Below are positions 26,654 to 35,839 of a DNA stretch of 60,106 bases, piece by piece. Position numbers and translations under genes: made by a program. Position 1 is the stretch's first letter. The number at the start of each line of letters is the position of its first letter. The stretch comes from Bacilli bacterium (GTDB lineage Bacteria; Bacillota_I; Bacilli_A; RFN20; CAG-826): the NCBI GenBank assembly GCA_016298185.1, contig JAEDDA010000003.1, forward strand, positions 1 through 60,106, written 5' to 3'. The notes below the pieces were generated by a model, which did not search any database, was not told the origin of the DNA, and saw nothing but the letters and a program-made list of their open reading frames with translations.

Positions 26654-28822
26654 ATGGAAAAAAGTAAACTCTATTTGCTTCCACTATGTTTTTTAGTGCT
26701 CACCGCGTGTCAGCCTAATAAAGATAATAGTGGTAGTGACATTCCTCCTGCAAAGGGAGAAAAACTCTCTACACCAGTCCTCACAGTTAATAATGAGGGC
26801 ACAGGCCTCACATGGGCAGCCGTTGAAGGCGCAGTTTCTTATTCAATTAGCGTTAATGAAGCAGAAGCCGTCTCCGTAAATGCCCCAGGCTATGATTTTG
26901 CCGAAGAAGCTGGCGAATACGCTGTTAAAGTTGTCGCAGTTGCAAGCGATACAGAATTAAATAGCGAACAAGCTTCGTTCGACTATTCCACAATTTATAC
27001 AGCCTTAAGTGCTGTCGCATTTGATGAAGACACAGGTCGCATCACATGGTCAGGTTTCCATGGAGCTGGACTCAAATACTCCATTAATGGCGGAGAAGAA
27101 GTTGCTGTTGAAGGCGACTACATCGAAGTTGAAACAGGTGGTTTGTATGATATTACAGCCGTCGGTGGTTTCGTTGCAGAAGGCAACAAATACTACGTCA
27201 ATAACGAGACAAGCGTCAATGTTCAACACATTATCGCTTCTCCAAAGATGGCCCAAGCAATGGTGCTCGAAGATGGTAGCGAAGATAGCAATGCTGATCT
27301 CCAAGCTAAATACGACGCTCTTTACTATGGCACCAGTGGCTGGCAACCATCAGCTAATGCAGTTGCAACATTAGATAGAAACAATGAAGGCATTTCTCCA
27401 AATAGAAGCTTCAGAGCTATGATCTTCTGCAATGGTAGTTGGTTCAAATGGTTGGCAAAAGAAGCATTCGTTTGTGAAGGCAGTGTTGATTCATTATCCT
27501 TCTACGCTAAAGCAGCCGCTCCTTCACAAGCTAGCTTATATTTAAGATGGGAAGTTACCGAAGATCTTATGATCGGTGATTTGAACTTCAAAGGTGTCTA
27601 TGTGACATACAAACTCGACAAAGTTCCAACTGGCTGGCACAAATACACAGTTGGCATGAACGATGCAAACTGGGAAATTGCCTACAATAATCAAAAATTA
27701 GATTTCGCTACAGTCAAAGGCATTCTTGCGACTGCTGGCTATACCATTAATTCATTAGGCGAATTCTTCCAATATTTTGGAAACTTCGCAATCTTAGCAA
27801 AATGTGCAAGCACAGGTAGTGGTCCAAAAGGCTATGTCTATGTTGATGAAATTAAACTCAGTGCTGGCGCATTTGAAGCTGAAAACAAAGATTATGAAAT
27901 CCATGAATGGGCATTCAAATCTAGCGCTCTTTCAAATGGTTACTTCAGATTCAGTAAGGACAATCCTTCTGTTAATAAACTCGTTGTCAAAATGTCCGCT
28001 GGTTCCAAGATTTCTTTGGTTCCACAAGTTGAAGTCGAAGACACAAACGTCTTACACGTTGTTGTAACTGGTACTTATGACTTAGATGCTCGCTTCACAG
28101 TGGGTGCTGATGGCAAATTAACACTTAATGACGGCGCAACTGGAGCAGTTGCTGCATTCCTCACTGAATTCTCATCTGATCTCTGCCATGTTATCGATGA
28201 CTTCGAAGACCATACCGAAACAGGTGTTGGCTTAGATGGCAGCCATAAAGATGAAACCACATTCAAAGGTTTAAGAAGTAAATGGTATTCCGATTACTAT
28301 TCCGGAAATACTTCCAACCCATCCGCAGTCGGTGGCAACGGTTGGTCCATGATGGGTTCAACAGATTACTTAGAATTAAATAAGTCTCCTGATTATGCTC
28401 ACTATGGCAATCAATCCATGAGATTAAAATACAATGCTACTAACCAAATGAGATTTATCACTTGGGATATGACACAAGCTCCAGCTCCAAGACTTCCAAA
28501 GGCAACATATTTATCCTTATGGGTTAGAGCATGTGACAGCCGTGTTAATCAAATTAAAATTAAAGCATTCTTCAATGAACAAATTTCACCTGTTAACCAA
28601 GGTGATACATCAAAATATACAGAATTAGTGCAAGATATCGCTGCCGATCCAGATCATGGCTGGGTTGAAGTTAAAGTTACACTCAATCCTGAAAAGAACT
28701 ATTTCGGTTTCGTTCTCCAACCAATGAAAAACGGTGCCGGAACAGGTGATGATGGCAAATACTTCTATGTTGATAACATCGCGTTATACAACACATTAAG
28801 TCCATTCGGAACAAATGCCTAA
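26654..28822 (+). CDS. large modular surface lipoprotein (722 aa), putative glycan-binding
   Basis: Lipobox VLTAC. Two N-terminal Fn3-like repeats (TWAAVEGAVSYSISVN, ITWSGFHGAGLKYSING). C-terminal beta-sandwich-like module from IDDFEDH to YFYVDNIALYN, shared with the 877-aa lipoprotein. Confidence 0.75.
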   Translation: MEKSKLYLLPLCFLVLTACQPNKDNSGSDIPPAKGEKLSTPVLTVNNEGTGLTWAAVEGAVSYSISVNEAEAVSVNAPGYDFAEEAGEYAVKVVAVASDTELNSEQASFDYSTIYTALSAVAFDEDTGRITWSGFHGAGLKYSINGGEEVAVEGDYIEVETGGLYDITAVGGFVAEGNKYYVNNETSVNVQHIIASPKMAQAMVLEDGSEDSNADLQAKYDALYYGTSGWQPSANAVATLDRNNEGISPNRSFRAMIFCNGSWFKWLAKEAFVCEGSVDSLSFYAKAAAPSQASLYLRWEVTEDLMIGDLNFKGVYVTYKLDKVPTGWHKYTVGMNDANWEIAYNNQKLDFATVKGILATAGYTINSLGEFFQYFGNFAILAKCASTGSGPKGYVYVDEIKLSAGAFEAENKDYEIHEWAFKSSALSNGYFRFSKDNPSVNKLVVKMSAGSKISLVPQVEVEDTNVLHVVVTGTYDLDARFTVGADGKLTLNDGATGAVAAFLTEFSSDLCHVIDDFEDHTETGVGLDGSHKDETTFKGLRSKWYSDYYSGNTSNPSAVGGNGWSMMGSTDYLELNKSPDYAHYGNQSMRLKYNATNQMRFITWDMTQAPAPRLPKATYLSLWVRACDSRVNQIKIKAFFNEQISPVNQGDTSKYTELVQDIAADPDHGWVEVKVTLNPEKNYFGFVLQPMKNGAGTGDDGKYFYVDNIALYNTLSPFGTNA

Positions 28823-29847
28823 TGTCTAAAACTAAGTCCGTTCGACTTATAGATATTGCTAATGCGTGCGGGGTGACCAAGGGATTGGTCTCCCGCGCTT
28901 TAGCAGGTAAATACAATGTGGGTGATGATACTCGCAATTTGATTATGCAAAAGGCCGTGGAACTCGGCTATGACTTCACCAAGTTGCGTACTAGGAGCAC
29001 AAAAAAACCTTCTGTTGTGATTATCGTTTCTTCTTCTATATTGATGAAAGAAGATTATTGGCAACCAATTTTAAAGAATATGTATGCCACACTTAATCGT
29101 TCATCAATTAAGATTGAATACTTTGTATTCGAAAGCAAGAACATCGATCTCGACAGCGTTCGTGCTTTGAAAGATAACTCCTGTATTGCTTTCGTTGTGC
29201 TTCATAAGAATCCTGATCCGATTTTTAAAGAACTACGTAAATTTAAGAAACCGATTATTGAAGTCGATCCTAAATTCATGCATTACACTGATGTCACTCA
29301 AATTAAATATTCCAACTATATGTCAATGTATGAAGTCACTCAAAGGCTTATTGATAATGGTCATAAACACTTATGTTTTTATGGCTCCGATATGCATGCG
29401 ATGAGTTTTAGAGAAAGACACGATGGTTTTAGAGGTTGTATTAGAGCCAACGCGTCAAAAGGTGTTGTCGGTCACGATATTATCTTTGATAATTCCGACC
29501 TCCAATACGCAAACAATGAAATGTTAGAAAATATGCTTAATGAGCATAAAGATATAAGCGCTATTGTGTGTGCGAACGACATTATCGCCCTCAATGCGTA
29601 TAAGACCGTGAAGAAAATGGGTAAATCCATCCCAGATGATTATTCGGTCGTAGGATTTGATAATATTGCCATAGGCAAGGAAGCATATCCAGCTTTATCA
29701 ACATTCAACGTTCCTAGAGAAGAAATCGGTGATGAAATCGGTTTATATATCATTCGATTACTACAAAACGATAAACCACAATTCGCCGAAATCATGATTC
29801 GTTGCGACTTTGTCGAACGTGAATCAATTAAAAAATTAAAGGATTAA
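28822..29847 (+). CDS. LacI-family transcriptional regulator
   Basis: N-terminal HTH (IDIANACGVTKGLVSRALAG) plus a periplasmic-binding-protein-like sugar-sensor domain. TAATG overlap with the upstream lipoprotein gene. Confidence 0.9.
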   Translation: MSKTKSVRLIDIANACGVTKGLVSRALAGKYNVGDDTRNLIMQKAVELGYDFTKLRTRSTKKPSVVIIVSSSILMKEDYWQPILKNMYATLNRSSIKIEYFVFESKNIDLDSVRALKDNSCIAFVVLHKNPDPIFKELRKFKKPIIEVDPKFMHYTDVTQIKYSNYMSMYEVTQRLIDNGHKHLCFYGSDMHAMSFRERHDGFRGCIRANASKGVVGHDIIFDNSDLQYANNEMLENMLNEHKDISAIVCANDIIALNAYKTVKKMGKSIPDDYSVVGFDNIAIGKEAYPALSTFNVPREEIGDEIGLYIIRLLQNDKPQFAEIMIRCDFVERESIKKLKD

Positions 29848-29851
29848 TATT

Positions 29852-30838
29852 ATGAGTAAGATTATCAACGGAAAAGCTATTAAAAATATACCTTGGGAAG
29901 AATGTCCTAAAGGTTACGAAGGACCACTTTGGCGTTATAGTGGTAACCCTATTGTCAAACGTCACCCTTCTAAAGAAGTAGCACGCGCTTTTAATAGTGC
30001 GTTAGTCCCATTTAATGGGGAATTTATTGGTGTTTTCCGCGGTGATAATCTCGATGATATTCCACATTTATACTTAGGTCATTCTAAAGATGGCATCCAT
30101 TTTGAGCTTGAAGAAAATAGAATTCAATTTGTCGATCAAAATGGTAATCCAGTTAAAGAAACACTCTATCAATACGATCCAAGAGTTATCCAAATTGAAG
30201 ATAAATACTTTGTCGTTTGGTGTGATGAATTAAATGGTCCAACAATCGCCATCGCAGAAACTAAAGATTTTAAAACATTCAAGAAATACGATAATCCATT
30301 CCTTCCATACAATAGAAACGGTGTCTTATTCCCAAGAAAGATCAACGGTAATTACTACATGCTTTCTAGACCAAGTGATTCCGGACATACCGCCTTTGGC
30401 GATATTTTCCTTTCTGAGAGTAAGGATTTAACATACTGGGGCAAGCATAGAGTGGTTGCTCAAAAAGGTTATGAATGGTGGTGCGCACTTAAGATTGGCG
30501 CTGGCCCAGTCCCAATTGAATTAGATGATGGCTGGTTCGTCTTCACACATGGTGTCAATCGCACATGCAACGGATACGTTTATTCATTAGGTGCGCTTAT
30601 TTTAGACCACGACGATGTTTCTAAAGTGAAATATAGATGCAAAAACTTCCTCTTAACCCCAGAAATGGACTACGAGACAAATGGATTTGTTTCTAATGTT
30701 ATTTTCCCAACTTGTACATTAGTCGACGCTGAAACAGGCAGAATTGCTTTGTATTACGGCGCCGCTGACACATATATCGGCTTAGCTTTCACAACAGTTG
30801 ATCGTGTTGTTGACTATGTCAAAAAGAACAGCAGATAG
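29852..30838 (+). CDS. glycoside hydrolase family 130 enzyme (beta-mannoside phosphorylase-like)
   Basis: 328 aa. IPWEECPKGYEGPLWRYSGNPIV...FNSALVPFNGEFIGVFRGD...YDPRV resembles mannosylglucose/mannooligosaccharide phosphorylases. Confidence 0.82.
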   Translation: MSKIINGKAIKNIPWEECPKGYEGPLWRYSGNPIVKRHPSKEVARAFNSALVPFNGEFIGVFRGDNLDDIPHLYLGHSKDGIHFELEENRIQFVDQNGNPVKETLYQYDPRVIQIEDKYFVVWCDELNGPTIAIAETKDFKTFKKYDNPFLPYNRNGVLFPRKINGNYYMLSRPSDSGHTAFGDIFLSESKDLTYWGKHRVVAQKGYEWWCALKIGAGPVPIELDDGWFVFTHGVNRTCNGYVYSLGALILDHDDVSKVKYRCKNFLLTPEMDYETNGFVSNVIFPTCTLVDAETGRIALYYGAADTYIGLAFTTVDRVVDYVKKNSR

Positions 30839-30840
30839 AT

Positions 30841-31806
30841 ATGGAAAAAGTATTAATCAAAACTAAACAAAGTTTTAAGTTCTCGTTGAAGAAGCGTTTC
30901 CTCAATTCGAGATTTTTAATGCTTATGATTATTCCGGCGATTATTTTCTACGCTGTGTTTAATTATGTTCCTATGTATGGTGTTCTCTTATCATTTTCCA
31001 GATATTCACCAAGACTTGGTTTGATGGGTTCAATCTTTCAAAATTGGATAGGATTTCAAAATTTTGAATTTATTTTCAATTTTCCAGATTTCTGGAACGC
31101 GTTTAAAAATACATTAATTATTGGTTCTATTAAAGTGGTTATTTCTTTTATAAGCGCAGTAACAGTGGCTTTATTAATTAATGAAATCAGAATGCGTTTC
31201 TTTAAGAAGGGTGTTCAAATTATCGTTACATTCCCACACTTCTTATCATGGGTTGTGGTCGCTAGCTTATTCAAAATGCTATTTGATGAAACTGGATCTA
31301 TTAACCATATGTTAGAAATGGCAGGAATGAGTAAGGTTTTATTCTTTGGCAATCCAAAACTATTTTTAACTTTGATTTTCTCTAGTGATATTTGGAAAGA
31401 AGCGGGATGGAGTTCCATCATTTATATCGCGACAATGGCAGGCATTTCTCCTGACTTATATGAAGCCGCAGATATCGATGGCGCTTCTCGTTTGCAAAAG
31501 ATTTGGCACATCACACTTCCAGGCATTAGACCAACAGCAATTCTCTTGCTAATCATGTCTGTTGGCGGTGTCCTTGGTGCGGGATTTGATCAAATATTTA
31601 ATTTGACTGGGTCATTACACAATGGCCGTGTTATGGACTCGGTGCAAATTATCGACACACTGATTTATCAATATACGTTCCAATCCAAAACAATTACAGA
31701 AGGTCAAGCCACCGCGGTTGGCATGTTCAAATCACTGGTTGGTTTTGCCCTTGTTATAACCACGGATAGAATTGCTAAGGCCTGTGGAGAAAGGGGTATC
31801 ATCTAA
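30841..31806 (+). CDS. carbohydrate ABC transporter permease (LplB-like)
   Basis: 321 aa, six TM helices, EAA-type loop (YEAADIDGASRLQKIWHITLPGIRP). Confidence 0.9.
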   Translation: MEKVLIKTKQSFKFSLKKRFLNSRFLMLMIIPAIIFYAVFNYVPMYGVLLSFSRYSPRLGLMGSIFQNWIGFQNFEFIFNFPDFWNAFKNTLIIGSIKVVISFISAVTVALLINEIRMRFFKKGVQIIVTFPHFLSWVVVASLFKMLFDETGSINHMLEMAGMSKVLFFGNPKLFLTLIFSSDIWKEAGWSSIIYIATMAGISPDLYEAADIDGASRLQKIWHITLPGIRPTAILLLIMSVGGVLGAGFDQIFNLTGSLHNGRVMDSVQIIDTLIYQYTFQSKTITEGQATAVGMFKSLVGFALVITTDRIAKACGERGII

Positions 31807-32714
31807 TGAAAAAAGTTGGTATTGCTAGACTTCCTTTAGCGAATAAAGATAAACCAGGACCATCCACAAAGATTGGACCATTAGATATTATTATCTTCTT
31901 TATCTTATTAATTTACGCTTTAGCGGTTATTTTCCCATTCTATTACTTATTTGTCGTTTCGATTACTCCAACAGAAATCTATGCGAATAACCCATCATTA
32001 TTATTCACACCTAAGGTGACTTTTGAAGCTTATCAAAACGTTTATACAAACCAAGCGATTTGGAATGGATTCGGTATTACAATGATTCTTCTTATTGGCG
32101 GTACCGCTTATCAATTATTCTTCACAGTTATTACTGGCTATGCGATGAGTAGAAATAATTGGTTCGGTAAGAACTTTGTAATGAATATGATCTTGGTCAC
32201 CATGTTCTTTGGTGGTGGCTTAATTCCTTATTATCTTTTAATCAAATCACTAGGAATGCTTGACACCATATGGGTCATGATTATTCCTGGTGCAATTGAT
32301 ACATTCAATATGTTATTAATGCGCAACTACTTTGCTTCCTTGCCAAAGGAACTTGAGGAAAGCGCGAAAGTAGATGGGGCGAACGATGTCCAAATCTTTG
32401 TCAAAATCTTCTTACCATTATCTCTTCCAATGTTAGCAACAATTGGCTTATTCTTCGCTGTTGGCAACTGGAACTCTTGGTATAACGGTATGTTATTTAA
32501 CCATTCACAAAATCTTAAGACTTTGCAACAAGTCTTGCAGGACATCATTGTCACTAAATCATCAACGATTCCAAACCCACATCCAAATCAAATTAATGAT
32601 GATAGTTTAAAGAATGCCGCAATATTCTTCACAATCTTACCTATGATGTGTTTCTACCCATTCTGTCAAAGATACTTTGTTAAGGGTATTGTTGTCGGTG
32701 CGATTAAAGGTTAA
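31806..32714 (+). CDS. carbohydrate ABC transporter permease (LplC-like)
   Basis: 302 aa, EAA-type loop (EESAKVDGANDVQIFVKIFLPLSLP). TAATG overlap with the preceding permease gene. Confidence 0.9.
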   Translation: MKKVGIARLPLANKDKPGPSTKIGPLDIIIFFILLIYALAVIFPFYYLFVVSITPTEIYANNPSLLFTPKVTFEAYQNVYTNQAIWNGFGITMILLIGGTAYQLFFTVITGYAMSRNNWFGKNFVMNMILVTMFFGGGLIPYYLLIKSLGMLDTIWVMIIPGAIDTFNMLLMRNYFASLPKELEESAKVDGANDVQIFVKIFLPLSLPMLATIGLFFAVGNWNSWYNGMLFNHSQNLKTLQQVLQDIIVTKSSTIPNPHPNQINDDSLKNAAIFFTILPMMCFYPFCQRYFVKGIVVGAIKG

Positions 32715-32729
32715 GGAGGTATTAACTAT

Positions 32730-34310
32730 ATGCGCAAAAAATCATTCTTATTATTAGCAGCTAGTACAATGGCACTCGGTATGCTCTCAGTTACAGGCTG
32801 TGACCGTAAAAACAAAAATGATAAATACACAAAGGATGGAAAACTTATTGTTTCCATTAGAAACTTGTATTTTGATGCCTATCGTGGTGGAGATGCCTAT
32901 TTAGATGAAATCGAAAAGAAATTCATGATGAAATTCGACTTATCATCTTATGACTGGTCGAACTGGTCCACACAAGTTAATGGTTCTATTAATGGTGACA
33001 CAATGGAAGACGTCTTCCACGCCAACATTGATAGTTATAACTTCGCCAACACATATAAATTCTGGGCAGAAGAAGAAATGATCAAACCATTACCAGAAGA
33101 CTTATCTAAATGGCCAAACATTCAAACAATGATCAATAACACCACAAATATTGATGCATTAAAAATTAATGGCAAATTATATGGTATTCCAATCGCTAAG
33201 GATACAACTGATTACAATACATCATTCTCACCATTTACTTATGTCTATAGAAGAGACTGGGCTAAGAAGTGGGGTGTTTATAAAGAAAATGATGAATACA
33301 CCTGGGCGGAATTTGAAGCTTTATTAGCAAAATTCAAAACCGAATTAGCACCAACGAATAGATATGCATTAGGTGATGTTGAATGGGGTTATCCGAGCAT
33401 TCCAAACTTCTATAAGCAAGTTCCACATTGCTTCGCACAAGATGCAGATGGTAAATATGTTAATAACTACACAACTGATGCCTATATTGCAGGTATGAAA
33501 GAAGCTAAGAGATTTATGTCTCAAGGTTATTACTATCCAGACCAAAACTCCGCAGCAGATGGTGATATGAATAAGAAATATTACAGCAACCAAATCGGTG
33601 TGCTTTATGAAAACCTTTCCTATACCAACTTTGTAAATTTAAAAGGTCAATTAAGAAAAACAAACGCTTCTATTCAAGAATTTAACGTTGATGATGCAGT
33701 TGCACTTATGAAAATCAAAGGTAGCGATGGCAAATATGCATTAGAAGGTACCGATAACTGGTTCTCCATGACCTTCTTTGATTATAAAATCACTGATTAC
33801 AAACAAGAAAAAGTTCTTGATGTCTTAGATTACTTATTAAGTGAAGAAGGAACACTCTTTTCCGTTTATGGTATTGAAGATTATGACTGGGTTAGAGAAG
33901 GCGATGAAATTAAAATCGTTGAAGAATACTGGCCAAAAGATGAACGCGGTGATTACGCACTAAAAAATAATGGTGGTAGATATTTAAGATACTTAGTCTC
34001 TTTGGGCTATGACTTATTACCAATGGATCCACTTACTGATAAAGCATCAATTAACTACTTGAATGAATGGGATGCAGAAATGAGAGAACATCTCGCTCAT
34101 GGTGAATTAAAAGTCTTAAAAGAAAATGCCGAAGTTATGTGGCTCACCTCTCCAAAGAAATCTCTTTACTCTGGTGGTATGAGAGAAGACGCTTTGAAAA
34201 ATGTTATGAAATTCACATACGGCGACATTAACGAAAACCAATATATGGGCAAATTCGGTAACCTTTGGACTGAAGTATTAAAAGAAATTAATGATATTTT
34301 AGGTAAGTAA
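32730..34310 (+). CDS. extracellular solute-binding lipoprotein (large LplA-like family 1 SBP)
   Basis: 526 aa, lipobox SVTGC, positioned after the two permease genes. Its size is typical of LplA/YtcQ-type oligosaccharide binders. Confidence 0.82.
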   Translation: MRKKSFLLLAASTMALGMLSVTGCDRKNKNDKYTKDGKLIVSIRNLYFDAYRGGDAYLDEIEKKFMMKFDLSSYDWSNWSTQVNGSINGDTMEDVFHANIDSYNFANTYKFWAEEEMIKPLPEDLSKWPNIQTMINNTTNIDALKINGKLYGIPIAKDTTDYNTSFSPFTYVYRRDWAKKWGVYKENDEYTWAEFEALLAKFKTELAPTNRYALGDVEWGYPSIPNFYKQVPHCFAQDADGKYVNNYTTDAYIAGMKEAKRFMSQGYYYPDQNSAADGDMNKKYYSNQIGVLYENLSYTNFVNLKGQLRKTNASIQEFNVDDAVALMKIKGSDGKYALEGTDNWFSMTFFDYKITDYKQEKVLDVLDYLLSEEGTLFSVYGIEDYDWVREGDEIKIVEEYWPKDERGDYALKNNGGRYLRYLVSLGYDLLPMDPLTDKASINYLNEWDAEMREHLAHGELKVLKENAEVMWLTSPKKSLYSGGMREDALKNVMKFTYGDINENQYMGKFGNLWTEVLKEINDILGK

Positions 34311-34312
34311 TT

Positions 34313-35836
34313 ATGAAGGCTCCATTAAAGATTGCTCTTTTAGGTTTAGTGAGTTTGCTTCAGTTAACAGCTTGCCAAACAGGCAAAAGAAAAGTAAATG
34401 ATAAGACTGAAGTGTATTTTCTCCACGAAGATATCAACCAAGAATCATTTGGTGGTTTAGGCGTGGAATGGGGTACCTATGAAGACACAGATAAATTAAT
34501 TGAAGGTGGATGGGATTTAGTTCTCAGACACATGGATCATCTCGGGGCTGCCAGGGTCAGATTAATGACCAACTATGACTGGTTTTGCCAAAACTTTGAT
34601 GATAAAGGGGACTATGATAAATCTAATGATACTTGGACTTACAACTATACAAATAAATACGCTAAGAACATGATTGATATCTTAGAGTATTGTCAAACTC
34701 ATGACATCGATGTCGCCTTTGGCGCATGGAATGTTATTGGTAATTTATATGGAGATGTTTGGAACATGATGGATGAAGTGACAAGCGACATCCGTTGGGC
34801 CAAAATAAGCGCTGATACACTTGATTTCTTAGTAAATAAAAAAGGATTCACATGTATCAAATGGTTTGTTAACAGCAATGAACCAAACTGGTTAGGTGCT
34901 CCAGGACAATCCAAAAACTTCAATAATACTTATGAAAAATGGGCTCAAGGCGTGAGAAACGTCAGAAAAGCTCTCGATGATATCGGTTTACAAAAAGTCG
35001 GTATCGTCGGTGGTGATACCACCGGTTTTGTGGGCTGCGAAGAATATTTAATAAATATCTCTAAAGGCCTTAAGGATAAGGTTGCCGACTATGGCGCACA
35101 CTTATACTTATCTAACATCACAATTGACCGTGGTGAAATGAGAACCACAATCGAAGATTTATATAAACGTATTAAAAAGAACGACAAGAGATTAGGCAAA
35201 ACCATTCAAGCGAACATTTGGGAAGCTGGTTTAATCGATGGTAAAACAGCTTTGGACTGTCAAACATTAATTAACACGACAAACTACGCAGTAAGAATGA
35301 CTGACTACACACTTCAATCACTTGCTGCAGGTATCAATGGTATATGCTACTGGGATTTTGATGATGCCATGCACTTCATGTACACAAATAACGCAACCAC
35401 ACCAAAAGAATGGGGTATGTTCTCCTCCTTAGCAGAAGCGAGTTCTGCAAAACAAGAACTCCGTCCTTGGTACCACACAACTTCATTACTTTGTCATTTA
35501 ATTCGTAAAGGTAATAAGATCTATACACCTGTTTTATCTAATGATGATGAAAACGGAAACTTTAGAAGCATCGGCACAGTCAGTGCAGATGGTACACAAG
35601 GTGGTTTCGTCGCCGTTAACGCTGGTAGAAAAACAGTTACTAAGAGATTCTTTTTAGCGGATGAAGTCAAAGGTTCAGATAAGACATATGTCTATATCTT
35701 TAATGAAAATAGTTATCGTCTTGGTGATGATGGTTATATTATTCCTAACTATGTTATTGATAAATCAATCAATAACGAATTCAAGATGGATATCCCAAAA
35801 TCCACAGTCGTGGTGTTTTCTAGTGAGAGGTTATAG
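34313..35836 (+). CDS. lipoprotein, putative clan GH-A (TIM-barrel) glycoside hydrolase of unassigned family
   Basis: Lipobox QLTAC. Candidate acid/base motif VNSNEPNW and candidate nucleophile NIWEAGL about 115 aa later, a spacing typical of GH5-like enzymes. I cannot assign a family. Confidence 0.5.
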   Translation: MKAPLKIALLGLVSLLQLTACQTGKRKVNDKTEVYFLHEDINQESFGGLGVEWGTYEDTDKLIEGGWDLVLRHMDHLGAARVRLMTNYDWFCQNFDDKGDYDKSNDTWTYNYTNKYAKNMIDILEYCQTHDIDVAFGAWNVIGNLYGDVWNMMDEVTSDIRWAKISADTLDFLVNKKGFTCIKWFVNSNEPNWLGAPGQSKNFNNTYEKWAQGVRNVRKALDDIGLQKVGIVGGDTTGFVGCEEYLINISKGLKDKVADYGAHLYLSNITIDRGEMRTTIEDLYKRIKKNDKRLGKTIQANIWEAGLIDGKTALDCQTLINTTNYAVRMTDYTLQSLAAGINGICYWDFDDAMHFMYTNNATTPKEWGMFSSLAEASSAKQELRPWYHTTSLLCHLIRKGNKIYTPVLSNDDENGNFRSIGTVSADGTQGGFVAVNAGRKTVTKRFFLADEVKGSDKTYVYIFNENSYRLGDDGYIIPNYVIDKSINNEFKMDIPKSTVVVFSSERL

Positions 35837-35839
35837 TTT

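Noticed and set aside
27009-28266. Nested ORFs on both strands inside the 722-aa lipoprotein gene (27009..27374, 27050..27346, 27804..28067, 28075..28266).
   Set aside because: They are fully contained in a longer ORF that has a signal peptide and repeat structure, and none has an RBS.
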